A DNA stretch of 64,000 bases from Squalus acanthias (lineage: Eukaryota): positions 1,488,001 to 1,552,000 of the forward strand of contig CM059433.1 of the NCBI GenBank assembly GCA_030390025.1. The letters are read 5' to 3'. The notes below the pieces were generated by a model. That model ran no database searches. It was not told the DNA's origin and saw only the letters and a list, made by a program, of their open reading frames with translations. Of the stretch, positions 23,856 through 37,233 are shown piece after piece. The number at the start of each line of letters is the position of its first letter. Positions within the stretch are counted from its first letter, which is position 1. A program made the translations under genes and the position numbers.

Positions 23856-24899
23856 CGCTCGAGAAGAACCTCAAGTTTGACTCCGTCTTCTTGCTTCCTC
23901 TATTCAGCTTAATGACCTTGGAAGAGTTCCAGCAATAACATTTGGCCCAAACCACAAGTTTCTTCATTTTAAATATTATTAGCAGCCACCTTTAAGAGTT
24001 GTTACTGCTGCACAGGAAGCGCTGTCCCCAAAATGGTTGAGTTCTTAGTACCAGGCCCAAACTGCACTTCCACTGGGATACTTCACTTTACTCTGGGCTA
24101 GCTCTAATCTGTTCCTGCTGGTTCTCATCCTGCTCGTGCTGCTGAATGATCTGTTTTGCTGCTATCTGCTTGCTTCTGTGGCTGCTGAGTCTGATTTGCT
24201 GCACTTGTCCGTCAGACCTCTTCAGATCACCTTTCACTGGAACAGCTCTTCAAGCTGCTGCTCCTGATCTTGTGTGCTCCTTGCTGCAGTACAGCTAGTC
24301 CTTGGACTAGCTCCCTCACCTGCACCAATCCCATGGATTTATCTTCACCCTTCTTGGCTCTTTGGTCTTCATTCCCACTGCTCCTCGCTCTGCTGCTAGT
24401 TCACTGTATCCGCTGGTGGGCCCTGTTAACACCTGAGGCCACTACACACCTCTGCTGGATCCCAGGAAGAACCTGTGTTGGCTCATGGTGAACTGTCCGC
24501 TCCTCCTCGGTCCTCTGATTGCACTGGACAACCTCCATCTGATAGTCTGCCCTTCAAATGGCTCTTATATCCACTCCCTCTTCACAACTAACTTGATGTG
24601 CCCTTCACGTAATGCAATGGCTGCCTCGATGTGCGCTTCATAGAGTGCCCAAGAAAGGCACAGAGGATAACTGCGGGCTTATTTAAGGGGGTTTCAATCG
24701 TAGGACAATGGCAGGAGAGTAGGAAGGTAGAGTAGTGATAGGTTGGAGTAGGTATTGTGGGCGTAAAAGTACCTGAGAGAAGAGACATGACAGATGGCAT
24801 GACCAAGTGATGAGGGAGGAAAGAAGGGCCAAAGAGAGGCTGAGAGAAAAAAATCAGGAAATCGAAGTATATATTGAAGGTGGTCCTTATGAGCAGCAA

Positions 24900-26540
24900 T
24901 CTCACTCGCCCCACCCTCCTCTCTTGCTGGCTTTTTCTGCTAATCATGCCCACTGTCAGCTAACCTCACTAACCTCTTTTCCATGCCACTCATTCCACTC
25001 AGTACTGCCCCCTTGGACTCTGCCAGCAGAAAACTATTACCGCCCCTCCGCATTTCCCTCCAGAATGTCCATTCGCTTGCAAACAATGCTCTTGCCATCT
25101 GCAATCTTATTGTGAATTATTGAATTGACATCTTGGCTTTGAGTGAAACTTGGCTCACGCTTAGCCCTTTACTGAAGCCTGCCTGCTTATATTTCCTATC
25201 ACCTTCCCTGCCCAAATTACAGGGGTGATAGTATGGTCTTCACCACCAAATCAAACCTTGCCCTACTACTCTGGCACCTTCTCCTCCTTCGAGCACCTTA
25301 CCCTGTTCCACCCCCCTCATCTCTTCTTTAAAATCCTCATTGCCTAACATACCCCCAAAGATGAGTTCTTTCCTGAGATATCCTTCCTTGTTTCCTCCCT
25401 CAGCCTCTGTACTCAGTGATTTCAATCTCCATCTGTAGACATAAGGTTAACTTTCACATCTACAGTGATGTTACCCAGCTCTACCTCTCCATCCTCTCTC
25501 ACGACCCTCTGTGCTATCAGCCTGCTTGTCTGACATCCAGTCTCGGATGAGCAACAGGTTCCTCCGGCTGTACACTGGGAAGACCAAAACCATTATCTTC
25601 GGCTCCCACCACACATTCCATACCCTTGCCACCAACTCCATTCTCCTCCCCGGCCACTGCATTATTCTGAAGCAAACTATTTGCCACATCAGTGTCTTCT
25701 TCGACCAAGAGCTGGGTTTCTGCTCCATAACACTCTCCATCACAAAGATCGCCTGCTTCCTCCTCCGGAACATCACCTGCCTCCAGCCCTATATCAGCCC
25801 CTCGGCCACTGAAACCTTCATCCATGCTTTTCTCACCTCAGACAAGACCTCCATTTCAATGCTATCCTGGTTAGCCTCCCGCCCTCCATCCTCTGTAAAT
25901 TTCAGCTTATCCAAATTTTTGCTGCCTATATCTTAGCCATCAGTCCTGTCCTCGCTGACCTAAATATCACCAGGACCTCCAGTACCCCAAATTTAAAATT
26001 CTTATCCTCGTGTTTAAATCCCTTCATGAGCTTGCTCTCCCTATCTCTGTAACCTCCTTCAGTCTTTGAGTATATTCAAGGCTGAGATCGATAGATTTTT
26101 GGACTCTCGGGGAATCAAGCGATACGGGGGCAGGGCGGGAAAGTGGAGTTGAGGTCAATGATCAGCCGCGATCTTATTGAATGGCAGAGCAGGCTCAAGG
26201 GGCCGTACGGCGGAGCAGGCTCAAGGGGCCGTATGGCGGAGCAGGCTCAAGGGGCCGTATGGCCGACTCCTGCTCCTAATTCTTATGTTCTTATGTTCAG
26301 TTCTACAATGTCCTCCAAACTCTCTGTTCTCTGACTTTGGCCTCTTTCGCATCCCTCTCTCACTCTGTCCCTTCATTGGAAGATGTGCCTTCAGCTATCT
26401 ATGCTGTGCCCATTGGAATTTCCCCCTTAAACCGCCTCTTCACCTCCCTCTCTTTCTTTAAGACCTTCCTTAAAACCCACCTTCCTGACCAAGCTCTTAT
26501 AGTCTAATATCTCCTCCTTTGGCTTGGAACCCATTTTTTA
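24900..26540 (+). mobile_element. Degraded L2 LINE fragments
   Basis: Endonuclease-like dILALSETWL near 25128, LSACLSDIQSRMSNRFLRL, and an L2 3' end. Interrupted by CR1. Confidence 0.7.
26064..26298 (+). mobile_element. CR1 3' end with a triplicated 26-bp unit
   Basis: Similar to 29905..30080 and 51070..51250. (ttcttatg)n tail. Confidence 0.85.
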
Positions 26541-26544
26541 TTAC

Positions 26545-26865
26545 CTGTAAAAAACAATGAAAACTCCCTTTATTGGGTCTCTTGTGGCTGCTGTTCCCAG
26601 CAGGTTTGGGCTGGCGGGAATCCACCATTGCTGCCCTTGCTCAGGCCTCAGGTTAAAGTGGCAGATCAGGCCCCAGTGACGTCATCAGAACCCAATCTGC
26701 ATATTTAAAGAGGAACCTGCCATCTTGGGGCAGGTGTCCTTGTCGCCTGCAATTTTATTTTGCTGTCAATCATATCTGGGTGGAAAAGGAGTGGATAAAT
26801 CCCCCCGCTTCATTTTAATTGCCCCGACCTAGTTTCCACCATACAAGGGGAGGTAAAATCAACCC
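26545..26865. mobile_element. Fragment of the repeat family seen at 19110..19652
   Basis: Inverted similarity to about 19117..19340. Confidence 0.5.
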
Positions 26866-28989
26866 ATTGTCTCTGCACACCATGTAATACTCTCCATATT
26901 ATAGATTCTATCCAATCCAACTCAATCTACTGAAGGAGATAACCAACCAGGAAAAGATAATGAATGTGATTCTAATGTTACAATCCACACTATTCTTCTT
27001 ACCAGACATCCTCCTCAAACAGCTCATCCATCATTCCAGCAACAATGAACTATTGCGTTCTATAGTGTATTTAATCATCTAACTCTTCATTTATCATTTT
27101 AATCTTGAACCCTATTTTAACCTGAAATTTGTCCAGCTCTTTTTTAAAGGGTTCAAGAAAATATCATCAGCAGCTTTTTGCTTGGAGTTTATTCCGCATA
27201 TCCTCTACTCTCTGAGAAAGAAACATTTCTGAGGGAAAGAATTGCTCTGGTACTGTGTGTAGTGACATTCGTAGTGCATATTTTCTTTGTTTGCAATTGG
27301 CTGCTAAACAATTGCCTGGATGAAGTGTGTAGAGGAAAAAGAGACAGGGGATTACACACACAGAATGGAGCCCGCCTAATCTTCCATCTGACACTTGGCT
27401 CGTCCTGTGTGTCAATAAATAACTACGTGTCATGCAGCTCAGTTGCGTTACAATTATTTTATGCCAGAAGTCCTTGAAGATTTCAGTGTACCAAGATTTT
27501 TAATTGTAAATTGCCACTTGAATGGTAGTGCTGCTGGGATTGTTGCATGTGGAATTTTGGGGCCTTTGTCTCCACTTCCCTTTAATTGTGGCCTGCATTT
27601 CTTTAAGGGTCGATGATGCACTTGAATTTTCTGCCAACACAGGGCCCTATCCAGGTTGGGAGCTCACCTAAAATGAAGACTAAGGACCAGCTCTCGAAGA
27701 TCTATTGGAATCGAGCTGCAGCATTTTGGTGCACACAAACTTCGGTGAGCTCCAGTCCACTTCAATGCCAAGACCAGAAAACATACCATAATATGCTTTA
27801 ACTTATAACTGAATGCTCTCAAAGTAATTCAAAGTATTTAATTAGTCTTGTTTGCAACAGCTTCACATCCTCTGGATACGTTCAGTGGATGGTCAGTAAT
27901 CTCAGGGAAATCTTTTTCCTTTTCCACCTTTGCCAACAGGTATCTTTCAACCTGTAGATGTGTTTCATGTTTCCTGGTCCAATGTATTATCTTACTTTGA
28001 TCCATATTAAATTCCATCTGTCATTCCTTAACCCGTACACTTAATTTGTCCAAATCCCTTATGTACCCTATTAATATCCCTTACACTAGTCACCTGGCCA
28101 AGTAGATTAATGTTATCAGCAATTTACCGATAATATACTCCACTTCGTATCATTTATGAATAGTACAAACAACAAGGGACCCAGAAGAGACCTCTGAGAA
28201 CTCACTGCCTCCAAACAGAGACTTTTCCATTTATCATTACCTTCGTCTTTTTATCAGTAAGCCAATTTTCTATCCAGCTAGTTAATTTACCACTAATTCC
28301 ATAAGCCTTAATCTTCTTTAAATGGCTCGCACAACTTAATCTTCTGAAAATCCAAGTAAGTAAATTACTTTTGAGCAAGTAAATATATTGAAGTAACCAC
28401 CCACAACTTTAACATCATCATATTGATGCTTTTGGAAATGAATAATTTTTGTTTTGCTGCCTTGTTTATCATTATGAAAAACGATCGAAGGCTGTCGGAT
28501 CGACTCTTTCGAGGTGGATTGTTTCAGCTTCAGTTATTTCAGCAAATTATTGCCTCTTCACTAAAAGGTGGAACCAGAGACAGGTGATGCCATGTGATGT
28601 CATTCAAGCGCTATTACCATGGCAACTGCCATAACCATTTTTGGCTATTATTTCTGACTGCTGGACAGGTGCTGCAGATTTATAAAGATATATTTGGACT
28701 TTACATTCAGATTCCTGATTTGAGATTCAAATAATGGAAGCAGCCTTCTCCAGGTCACCTGGAGCTGAAATGTGTATAACTTCACTGGCACACCAGGGAT
28801 CAAACACATAACTCTGCAATGTATAGACCCAATAGGAATCAGACTCATGTCCTTTTCACCATTACTGCACTTCCAGACTTGAAATACGTAATCCCAAACA
28901 GCACCCTATAACTGGGGTCGCCCTAAGGTTGGCAACTCTGGTTGGAGGCGTTCTTGAAGGTTGATCATGTGATATTCTAACCACATGAC

Positions 28990-29150
28990 ATGGAGTCATC
29001 ACGGCACAGAAGGAGGCCATTCGGCCCATTGAGTCCGTGCCGGCTCTCTGTAGAGCAATCCAGTCAGTCCCATTCCCCCGCTCTATCCCCGTAGCCCTGC
29101 AAGTTTATTTTGCTCCAGTGCCTATCCAGTCACCCCTTGAAAACATTGAG
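28990..29150 (-). mobile_element. CR1 3' fragment
   Basis: gaaggaggccattcggccc is the reverse complement of the CR1 terminal motif. Confidence 0.65.
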
Positions 29151-29699
29151 TGTCACATCTGACAACATGACATCTGATCGCGTTACGCTTGGTCATGTGA
29201 CATCTGATGACGTGACGTCTGCACCTTTTATTGCATTTACCGTGTAAATGTTGGGTCCCCTGTAGTGAGTATCTTTGCTCATGGTTTCGCGCCAGCACCT
29301 GTTGTGAACCAAGAACCAGGAGGCCATCTGTCAGCAGATGAAAAAGAAAACCAAGGGTGGGGAAGAGGGGAAACGGAAGGTGGGAGAAACTTTGATTCCA
29401 CCAGTAACTAATAGTAACTCACTCGGTGTTCCTCAACTCTGGCCTCTTGTGCAACACAAAATCCCTTCATCACACCATTGATGGCAGCAACTATAGCCGT
29501 CTAGGCCCTAAGCTTTTGAATTACTTCCCTAAACTTCTCCGCCTCTCCATCTCCCACTCCTCCTTTCAGACCTCCCTTAAAACCACCTCTTTGACTAAAC
29601 TTTTGGTCACCCTTCTAAAAATCTCTTTTTTGGGAGCTGATGTGATAGTGATATATAGGGATAGTGATTTAGTGTGGCAAGTAATTTCTGTTTCGTGCA

Positions 29700-30079
29700 G
29701 ATAACGTATAAAATTCTGACAGGGCTAGACAGACTGGATGCAGGGAGGATGTTTCCCCTGGCTGGGGGGTCTAGAACGAGGGGTCACAGTCTCAGGATAC
29801 AGGGTAGGACATTTAGGACTGAGATGAGGAGACATTTCTTCACTCAGAGGGTGGTGAACCTGTGGGATTCTCTACCACAGAAGGCTGTGGAGGCCAAGTC
29901 ACTGAATATATTTAAGAAGGAGATAGATAGATTTCTAGACACAAAAGGCATCAAGGGGTATGGGGAGAGAGCAGGAATATGGTATTGAGATAGAGGATCA
30001 GCCATGATCATATTGAATGGCGGAGCAGGCTCGAAGGGCAGAATGGCCGACTCCTGCTCCTATGTTTCTATGTTTCTAT
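29700..30079 (+). mobile_element. CR1 LINE 3' fragment
   Basis: TYKILTGLDRLDAGRMFP...TRGHSLRI...FFTQRVVNLWDSLP and a (tttctatg)n tail. Confidence 0.9.
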
Positions 30080-30361
30080 AAAGTGTAATTTTCATTGTCT
30101 GTGGGAATTTATATGCAAAGTTGCAATATTCTGGCAGAAAGTCTCTCTACATGTAGTAAGTGTAGAAATTTGTAGCATTTGTTGTGGAACGTCTCGCTGC
30201 ACTAAGTCATTTGCTCTAATGATATACAGTGGAATACTTCAGCACTCCTCAGCATTGTCAATGTCCATGATTCTCAGATATAGAGCCATTGTCTACCTCA
30301 AGACACCAGACTGGATATTTCTTTAAGACACTCCTTGACATTTACAAGTGTTAGTAACAAT

Positions 30362-32087
30362 GGCCGCGAATTCCCCTCCCTCGGCGGGTCCGTGGTTGGC
30401 GACCCCGCTGCCGGCTCCAGCCCGCTGTGTAGAATGATTTTACGTTGATTGTTAAGCCCCACCCAGTGCGTTTGCTGGCCAATTGAAGGAAGCGGGCCTG
30501 ATGATGTCATTTGATGACGCATCATCAGCCGGTTTCCTTAAAGGGACTACGGCCAACTTTCTTTTGACATTTGTGCTGTCAGTGTTCTACAGCATTGAGG
30601 TGCTGCAAACACTGACAATGACTGCACAGGGGCAGAGGGCTGCACCCAGGCTCTCCAAAGACTCCCTCCATATGCTTATGGAGGGAGTCACAGCACGCAG
30701 GGAGGTTCTCTTCCCTTCCGATGGGTGGAAGAGACCTCCCCAGGAGACCAACACAGCCTGGTTGCACATTGCAGAGGAGGTCACAAGCAGGGATGTGTTC
30801 AGGAGGACCAGGCTGCAGTGGCGCAAACCTTTCAATGATCTCAGTAGATCACGAAACGTTAGTATAAAGCCACACTCAACCTCATCCTGCTGTACCACTC
30901 ATCACATCCCCATCACTCTGCCTTCCCTACCCTACCCCTGCACATCTTTACTCACACCAACTTACCTTGCACCTCCACCCATCCCTCACTATCTACATTA
31001 TCACATCCCCATCTCACTAGCCACCCCTCACACTCACCCTCATCCTAGTCCAATCATACCAACTAACAACACACAAAGGTAGACACTTGGGTGTTTTAGC
31101 CAATGTTCATGTGAAGTTTCTGTTAATGTGCTGTCAAACATTGGAACCTTTATTTTGAACAGATTTGTGTGCACCTTTGGAAATGGCTTAGTGAGTTGCA
31201 GTGAATGGTGAGACATAACGGTACCCCCCGCAATGGTGATGAGTGTGAAAGGAATGGCTTGGATATTGTAGGGATGCTTTACGGTGCTGGTGTGAGGTGG
31301 TGCCAACCTGGTGCATCATGTGGCAGCCAGGGTGTACAGCGTCAAGTGAAGTAAATCTGGCCATGGTGAGGCCATCCCTGGCCTCCCGGGCAGCAATGTG
31401 GTCGGGTGCTGATGCCCTGTGTCCTGTGCAGCATCAGTTGATTGCGGAGAAGGTTGGTGTTGTTGGTTCTGCTGGTGTGCCTGGTGCTGCTGGTGTTGGG
31501 GCTGATCGTGTTGGGATTCTGAGGACCAATGGTGAGATAGTTTCAAGGGCACCGATGCTGATGTAATAGATGGCAGGTGAACTTGGGATGACAGAAGCAA
31601 TCTGTCAATGGTGAGAGAGGTTGTTCCAATGAGGTGACACTGGATAGAGAGTTTACTCCAAACACTTGCAACCTGCATAAAGCTCAATCTGTCTTCCAAA
31701 TGCAGTAAGCAACAGCTTCTGAGCTTGGAAAATGAACAGCTGTGAGATCAGAGCTTTTATAGGACATTTGCAGCTGTCAAGTAATGAGATGATTCCATGG
31801 TCATACAACTGCCGACCTGCTTACCTGACGTGATCCCCGAACAGTGTGGACCCCGTGGGCGACCTCACAAAATGTAAAGGTGAGCTCAAAATAATTCTTA
31901 ATGGGCTGTTAACAAGGTCATAATGACCTGAATTGCCTCCCCCGCCGCTGTGTGTCAGATCTGTTCAGTGCTGACAGACCCGACATCTGGGAAAGGCACA
32001 TGGCGGTCCCGACCTGCTGTCAAAATTTTTTTTTCCCAACCGACCTGCCACCAAACGTGCCTGCTGACCCCCCGAAAAATTCCACTC
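30362..32087. mobile_element. Internally deleted Harbinger derivative retaining the Myb/SANT first exon
   Basis: AAT on both flanks (30359..30361, 32088..32090), weak terminal similarity, Myb exon inside. Confidence 0.62.
30618..30857 (+). pseudogene. Myb/SANT-like domain exon (Harbinger second gene)
   Basis: MTAQGQRAAPRLSKDSLHMLMEGVTARREVLFP...AWLHIAEEV...RRTRLQWRKPFNDL, aligning with the exon at 12003..11605. Followed by GTTAGT. Confidence 0.75.
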
Positions 32088-32280
32088 AATGACATATAAC
32101 ACTATCTATGCATTGGTGCTTTCAAAAATAGTGCTTGCACTTTGTTGGAATATGTAACGCATTGTGTTGAGCTGTTTTGCTTGAACTCTGGATGATCCAA
32201 GCTTATCTGATGAGAGAAGAAAAGTAGTAAATTAATGTGTATCACATTGTCTTCATATTTACGTCAAGCATAAAGATAAT

Positions 32281-33043
32281 GGCCTAGAAATTCGCGTAGC
32301 CGGCTTGCCGCGGGGGTAAGGATCGCGCGCGCTCTTACCCACCGCGCCCTGCCGTTGTGTTTTGGGCCCACAGGAACTTCGGGTCCTGGGCCTGCTCCAA
32401 GTGCTGGCGCGCAGTGCTTGCGTGTTCCAGGGGCACAGTTAGTGCGATGCGACCCCTGGGATCACGTGGGCCATGGAGAGCCAATGGCAGCAGACCATCT
32501 TTCATTCATAGATTTGACAGGAGACCTGTCAAATCTGTGAATTGAAATCGGCCCCAAAAGAACAGCTAAACTTCAAATAAATTAAAAAAAACCATCACAT
32601 TTATAAAATAACTATAGTTAAATAAATTAACCACTTTAAACAAAAGTTTTAGTTTTTGAAAAAATTTAAATACTTTTTAAAAGTTATAAAAATAAACTTA
32701 CCTTTCTTTAAAGTGTCTAAAAAAGATAAACCTGTTGAAAAAAATTAAAAATTATACTTAATTAACTACTTACCTTGTTCAAAAGGGGTCTTACGCCTCC
32801 TTTTTACTAGCGTAGAATCTTCAATACTTACCCTCGCGTTGAAACCTGAAAAAAAATCTAAGTTTGCTGCGTGCGCGCAGCCTCTACCGCGCACGCGGTT
32901 CACCTAGGAACCGCCCCCTTCGCCAGACCGGAAGTTCCGGTTTCCCGCGCATGCGCAGTGCATGCAGGAAACCGGCACTTCGGGAATGAATACGGGTGAG
33001 TACGCACTGAGTACTCACCCGGGAACGGCCGAATTTTTGGGCC
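32281..33043. mobile_element. Harbinger-type MITE with GC-rich arms and an AT-rich core
   Basis: Termini ggcctagaaattcg and cgaatttttgggcc. Target duplication AAT. Confidence 0.85.
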
Positions 33044-33907
33044 AATAGGTGGAATTTTCCACTTTGAATGAATTACACCTCAACTGCAGTGAACTTCTGC
33101 CCACCGATGGAGTCGCTGTTGATGCCAGTGTCAGCCTAACATGAATAATTTTGATATACCTTGAGCTGTTGGGCCATCTTCTCAAACAGGTGCAGTCATT
33201 GTGCTCCTGCAATAGTGATCGGCAGCATTCCAGGATTTTGACTAAGTGACAATTATTTTTATGACGGAATGGCTCACAAAGCCACTTCAGTCAGGAAGAC
33301 TCAGCTATATAACGTGGAGTCACATGTAGGCAAGACAAGATAGGAGTGAAGATCATTAGTGAACCAGTTGGGCTTTTACAACAATCTGGTGCCAGCACCC
33401 AAATTACCAGATTAATTGAATTCACGTTTAAAATTAGCGATTGTGGGATTCGAACGTGAAACCTCTAGATTGTCAGATCAGTACCATAAACAACGTGCTC
33501 TATGTAGGGGGAGTGAATTTTAATTTTAAATCCTCATTTGAATATGTCCGCCCACATTGGGCAGACTTATTCAATGGCTGCTGTCAGTTCCAGCAGAAAA
33601 TCCTGGAATTCTGCTGTGGCCTGAAAAAACAATGTAAGGGATGAGGAAAATACTCTCTAATTTGTTTATTGACATAAAGAACATAAGAAATAGGAGCAGG
33701 AGTAGGTCAGACGGCCCCTCGAGCCTGCTCCGCCATTCAATGAGATCATGGCTGATCTTCGACCTCAACTCCACTTTCCTGCCCGATTATACTCAACGAC
33801 TCAGCAGCCACAGCCCTTTGGGGCAGAGAATTCCAAAGATTCACAAGTTTACAACCCTCTGAGTCAAGATATTCCTCCTCTTCTCAGTCTTAAAAGGCCG
33901 ACACCAT

Positions 33908-34602
33908 GGCCGGAATTTTCACAGGACAAAACGGTTGGGCTGGAGGCGGGGGTGGGGGGGGGAAGTGAAAGTTGTAAATATCTAAAACCCGACCACAACC
34001 CACCTCCAACCCGCCCACTTTCACCTTTCACTCAGGCGGGATGGGGTCGGGCAGCCAACCCGCTGCCAGGAGGCAGGTTGGTAATTTAAATATGATAATG
34101 AGGCCTGAAGCCTCTACTTTAACCTGTTTTGCAGGTTTAACTGTAGGCGGCCGGGGATCCTGGGGCTCGGGATTCCCAGTGGCTGCAACAAGGTGGTCTC
34201 AGCCTTGGGGAGCAATGCTTGTGGGCCGGGAGGAGCAGGAGTGCTTCGTGCCGGCCCCCCAAGCTCCCCCACCAGCAGCCTGCACCCCTCGGTGTCGGAG
34301 TTTGGACCCCCCCAGGGTTAGGACCCCCTGGGCTTGGAACACCACCCCCCGCCTCCCCCACCGGGGACCGCAACTCAGCCCCGGAGTCGGGGATCGGACC
34401 CCCCCCACCCCCCCACCCCACCGGAGGGTGGGAGCCCCTCCCTGGGCTTGGAACCGCCTCCCACGCATTGGACCCCCCCCCCTCCCCCCCATCATCCTGG
34501 GCCCAGCACCTTCCAAGTCCGCGTTCCCCGCACAGTATGCCAGGAAACCCGTCTCCCAGGTCCCCCCGCACCGTGCAGGTGGGAAACAGGAAAATCTAGG
34601 CC
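33908..34602. mobile_element. Harbinger-type MITE with C-rich internal repeats
   Basis: Termini ggccggaattttc and gaaaatctaggcc. Flanks cat and ctt. Left arm is related in inverted orientation to 45600..45786. Confidence 0.75.
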
Positions 34603-34656
34603 CTTATCCTGCGATTATGCCCCCTAGGTCTAGACTCTCCAGCCAGGGGAAACAAT

Positions 34657-35399
34657 GGGCCGAAAATTGATCCCGGGACGCGAGAGTACGCACTGCATAC
34701 TCTCGCGTATTCCCACTCCAATTGCCGGTTTTCTGCATGCCCTGTGCATGCGCTGAAAACCGGCAATTGCTCTTCCGAAAAGGGGGCGGGGCCTGGGTGC
34801 ATCGCGTGCGCGCTACAGGCTGCGCGCACGCTGTGCACTTCATGCTTTGGACGCGCAGGTAAGTAGGGAAGATTTTGGAAATGTAAAAAGGAGGAGTAAG
34901 ACCCGCTTTTAAGAAGGTAAGTAGTGAATTAAGTATTTTTTTTAATTTTTTTTTACAGGTATATCTTTTTTATAGACTTTAAAGACAGGTAAGTTTATTT
35001 TTATAACTTTTTAAAAGATTTTAAATTTTTTCAAAAATTTAATTTTTTATTTAAAATGGTTAATTTAATTAACTATACTTATTTTATTAATGTGATGGTT
35101 TTTTTTTAAATTTAATTGAGGTTTAGCTGTTATTTTGGGGGGGTGTAAGATTCATAGATTTCACAGCCGTGCTGTGAGACTTATGAATGGAAGATGGTGT
35201 GCTGCCATTGGCTCTAACTGAGTCACGTGATCCCACAGCTCGCACGAATTCACTACGCCGCTGGGATACGCAAGCACTGCACAGCTGATGTCTGGAACAT
35301 CAAGTTCGTGCGAGCTGGATCAGAAAAAGCATAAGCGAGGTGAGACATCGCGGGGAAGGCTTACCCCCGCGGGAACAGAGCGAGATCAATTTCTGGGCC
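34657..35399. mobile_element. Harbinger-type MITE, inverted relative of 32281..33043
   Basis: Termini gggccgaaaattgatc and gatcaatttctgggcc. Target duplication AAT. Confidence 0.85.
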
Positions 35400-36509
35400 A
35401 ATCTCTCAGCATCTATCCTGTCAATCCCCCTCAGAATCTTATACATTTCAATGTGATCCCGTCTCATTCATCTGAACGCCAACAAATATCGGCCCAATCT
35501 ATTCAATCTGAAGTAATCACAATAATCTTAATAAAGCTGCTTGTATCGAATAACACATGGCACATGTAATCTGTACTTTATGAATTATTTTCAAGAAGTG
35601 CCATATTCAGTCATAATTATTGATAATGAAACAACTTATTCCAAAATGATTGTGGCTCTGAAAGAATTGTGATTCTTCTTTGAAATTTTAATGTAAGTTT
35701 CAGTATTTGTTTAAGGTGACAGTCTGAATAAACGTCACTTTACTTGACCCATCTTACAGGAAGACCTCAGAGCCATCTGAGGACCTGGCCGGAGGTTCTG
35801 CTCACACTCAAAGATCTGAGTGGGTAGCTCGTGACTCACAACCTGTGCTTTGGTTGACCCCTGTTAACTTCCCTCCTTTTCCTGTTCGAATCTGAGCCCC
35901 AACTGTGGACTTCGGGACATGTTGGGGTAGAAATTAGTCGCGGCCTGTTTCTGATCAGTGAGGCCTGGAGCTGTCGAAATTGGACCTCGGGCCTGATCTG
36001 CATCTTGGGGCTGAGCTGCTGGCAACTGTCGCGCTTCCACAGGCAGCTTCCGCCCCCCCCCCCCCACACACAACATGAGTTTTAGGCCATCAGCAACAGT
36101 CTTTAGGTAAATTCCGGAAGGGGGGCTGGATAGGGCAACGGGGGGGGCGGGGCAATCAGCTGATAACCAGGACTGTGCAGTCAGGGGAGCAGTGTTGGTC
36201 CCACTGCTAAGTCCCCACGTATTTAGCAGTGGGACCGTTTGAACCGCTCCCGAGTTACATCTGACAAAACCCCACTCGATACATTAGCATGGCTCCACGC
36301 CCCCCCATTGCAAAAGCCAAGTACTCAAGGTTCTGCTCTGAACAGGTGTAAATTTTAGGTGTAGCACGATGTGAAGTCAGTATTTCTGTTGTTTTATAAC
36401 AATCTCCTTACTGTATTTCCTATATCTTTAAATGCTTTTTTTTTATGGCATCAAAATTTGTCACATTAAAAGAGGAAAGCTTCCACAATTGCATTTTCTT
36501 AAACGTGCT

Positions 36510-37233
36510 GGCCTGGAGTTTCTGCTCGATCGAGCTGGGTTTTTTCATCGCAGTTCCCCCGATAATGGCGTAACCGGTGCAAAAAAACATGGAATTTTCA
36601 GTGCAAATTGTGTTCAGCACAACACGAGTTGGCGCCATCTTTTGCGCTAGTTTTAAATACATCGCGCTAGAAGCAGGCCCCACCCACAAAACTGGCCACG
36701 CCTCCCGGGTGAATTAATCACCACTGGGAGTTTCCGCTAATTGCGCTCGTTTGCAAGCATTTGAGGAGGCTCCAAAAATTAAGCTGGATCTTTAGGGTGC
36801 AAGGACACTAATAGGTACGTTTTGAAAGGTTTTTGAATGCTTATTTTTAATTTACTAAGGAACTGACTCCTGCACCCCAATCTAACTAGAAAATAGTTTT
36901 GTATATTTTTTAAAAGTCATTTTCAGTCATTTAAAATCGGGTTACTCACAGGTGGTGGATTGACACTGATTTAAAACCCATTTCCAGCTGTATTCATCAA
37001 ACTTTACCAAGGTACCAATCTTAAATATATCAAGGAATATTTTTTAAAGCAACATTTAAAAAAAAAGAATTACGTTTTAAAACGCTGCCCGATTGCACTA
37101 GTTCATGGCAGATTTTGCGTTCGGTGATATGCCAATGAGTTTGAGTGGAACCTAGGGGAAGGAAAACACTTTTCAAAACAGACGCAATTTGCACCGGAAT
37201 CGCCGATACGCCCAAAGCCAAAAACTCTACGCC
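36510..37233. mobile_element. Harbinger-type MITE
   Basis: Termini ggcctggagttt and aaactctacgcc. Target duplication GCT at 36507..36509 and 37234..37236. Confidence 0.78.

Larger units (their letters stand above)
33672..35510 (-). mobile_element. CR1 3' fragment split by two MITEs
   Basis: CR1 tail at 33672. CR1 sequence continues at 34603..34656 and 35400..35510. Confidence 0.78.

Noticed and set aside
23860..24545. Coding-like minus-strand region, possibly a decayed ORF1/gag
   Set aside because: Stops interrupt the frames and I could not identify a convincing motif.
34041..34670. Pro-rich ORFs
   Set aside because: They lie in the C-rich interior of a MITE and show no domain features.
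32281..35399. One large foldback or composite transposon
   Set aside because: Each arm has its own termini and AAT duplication, and the right arm sits inside a CR1 fragment.
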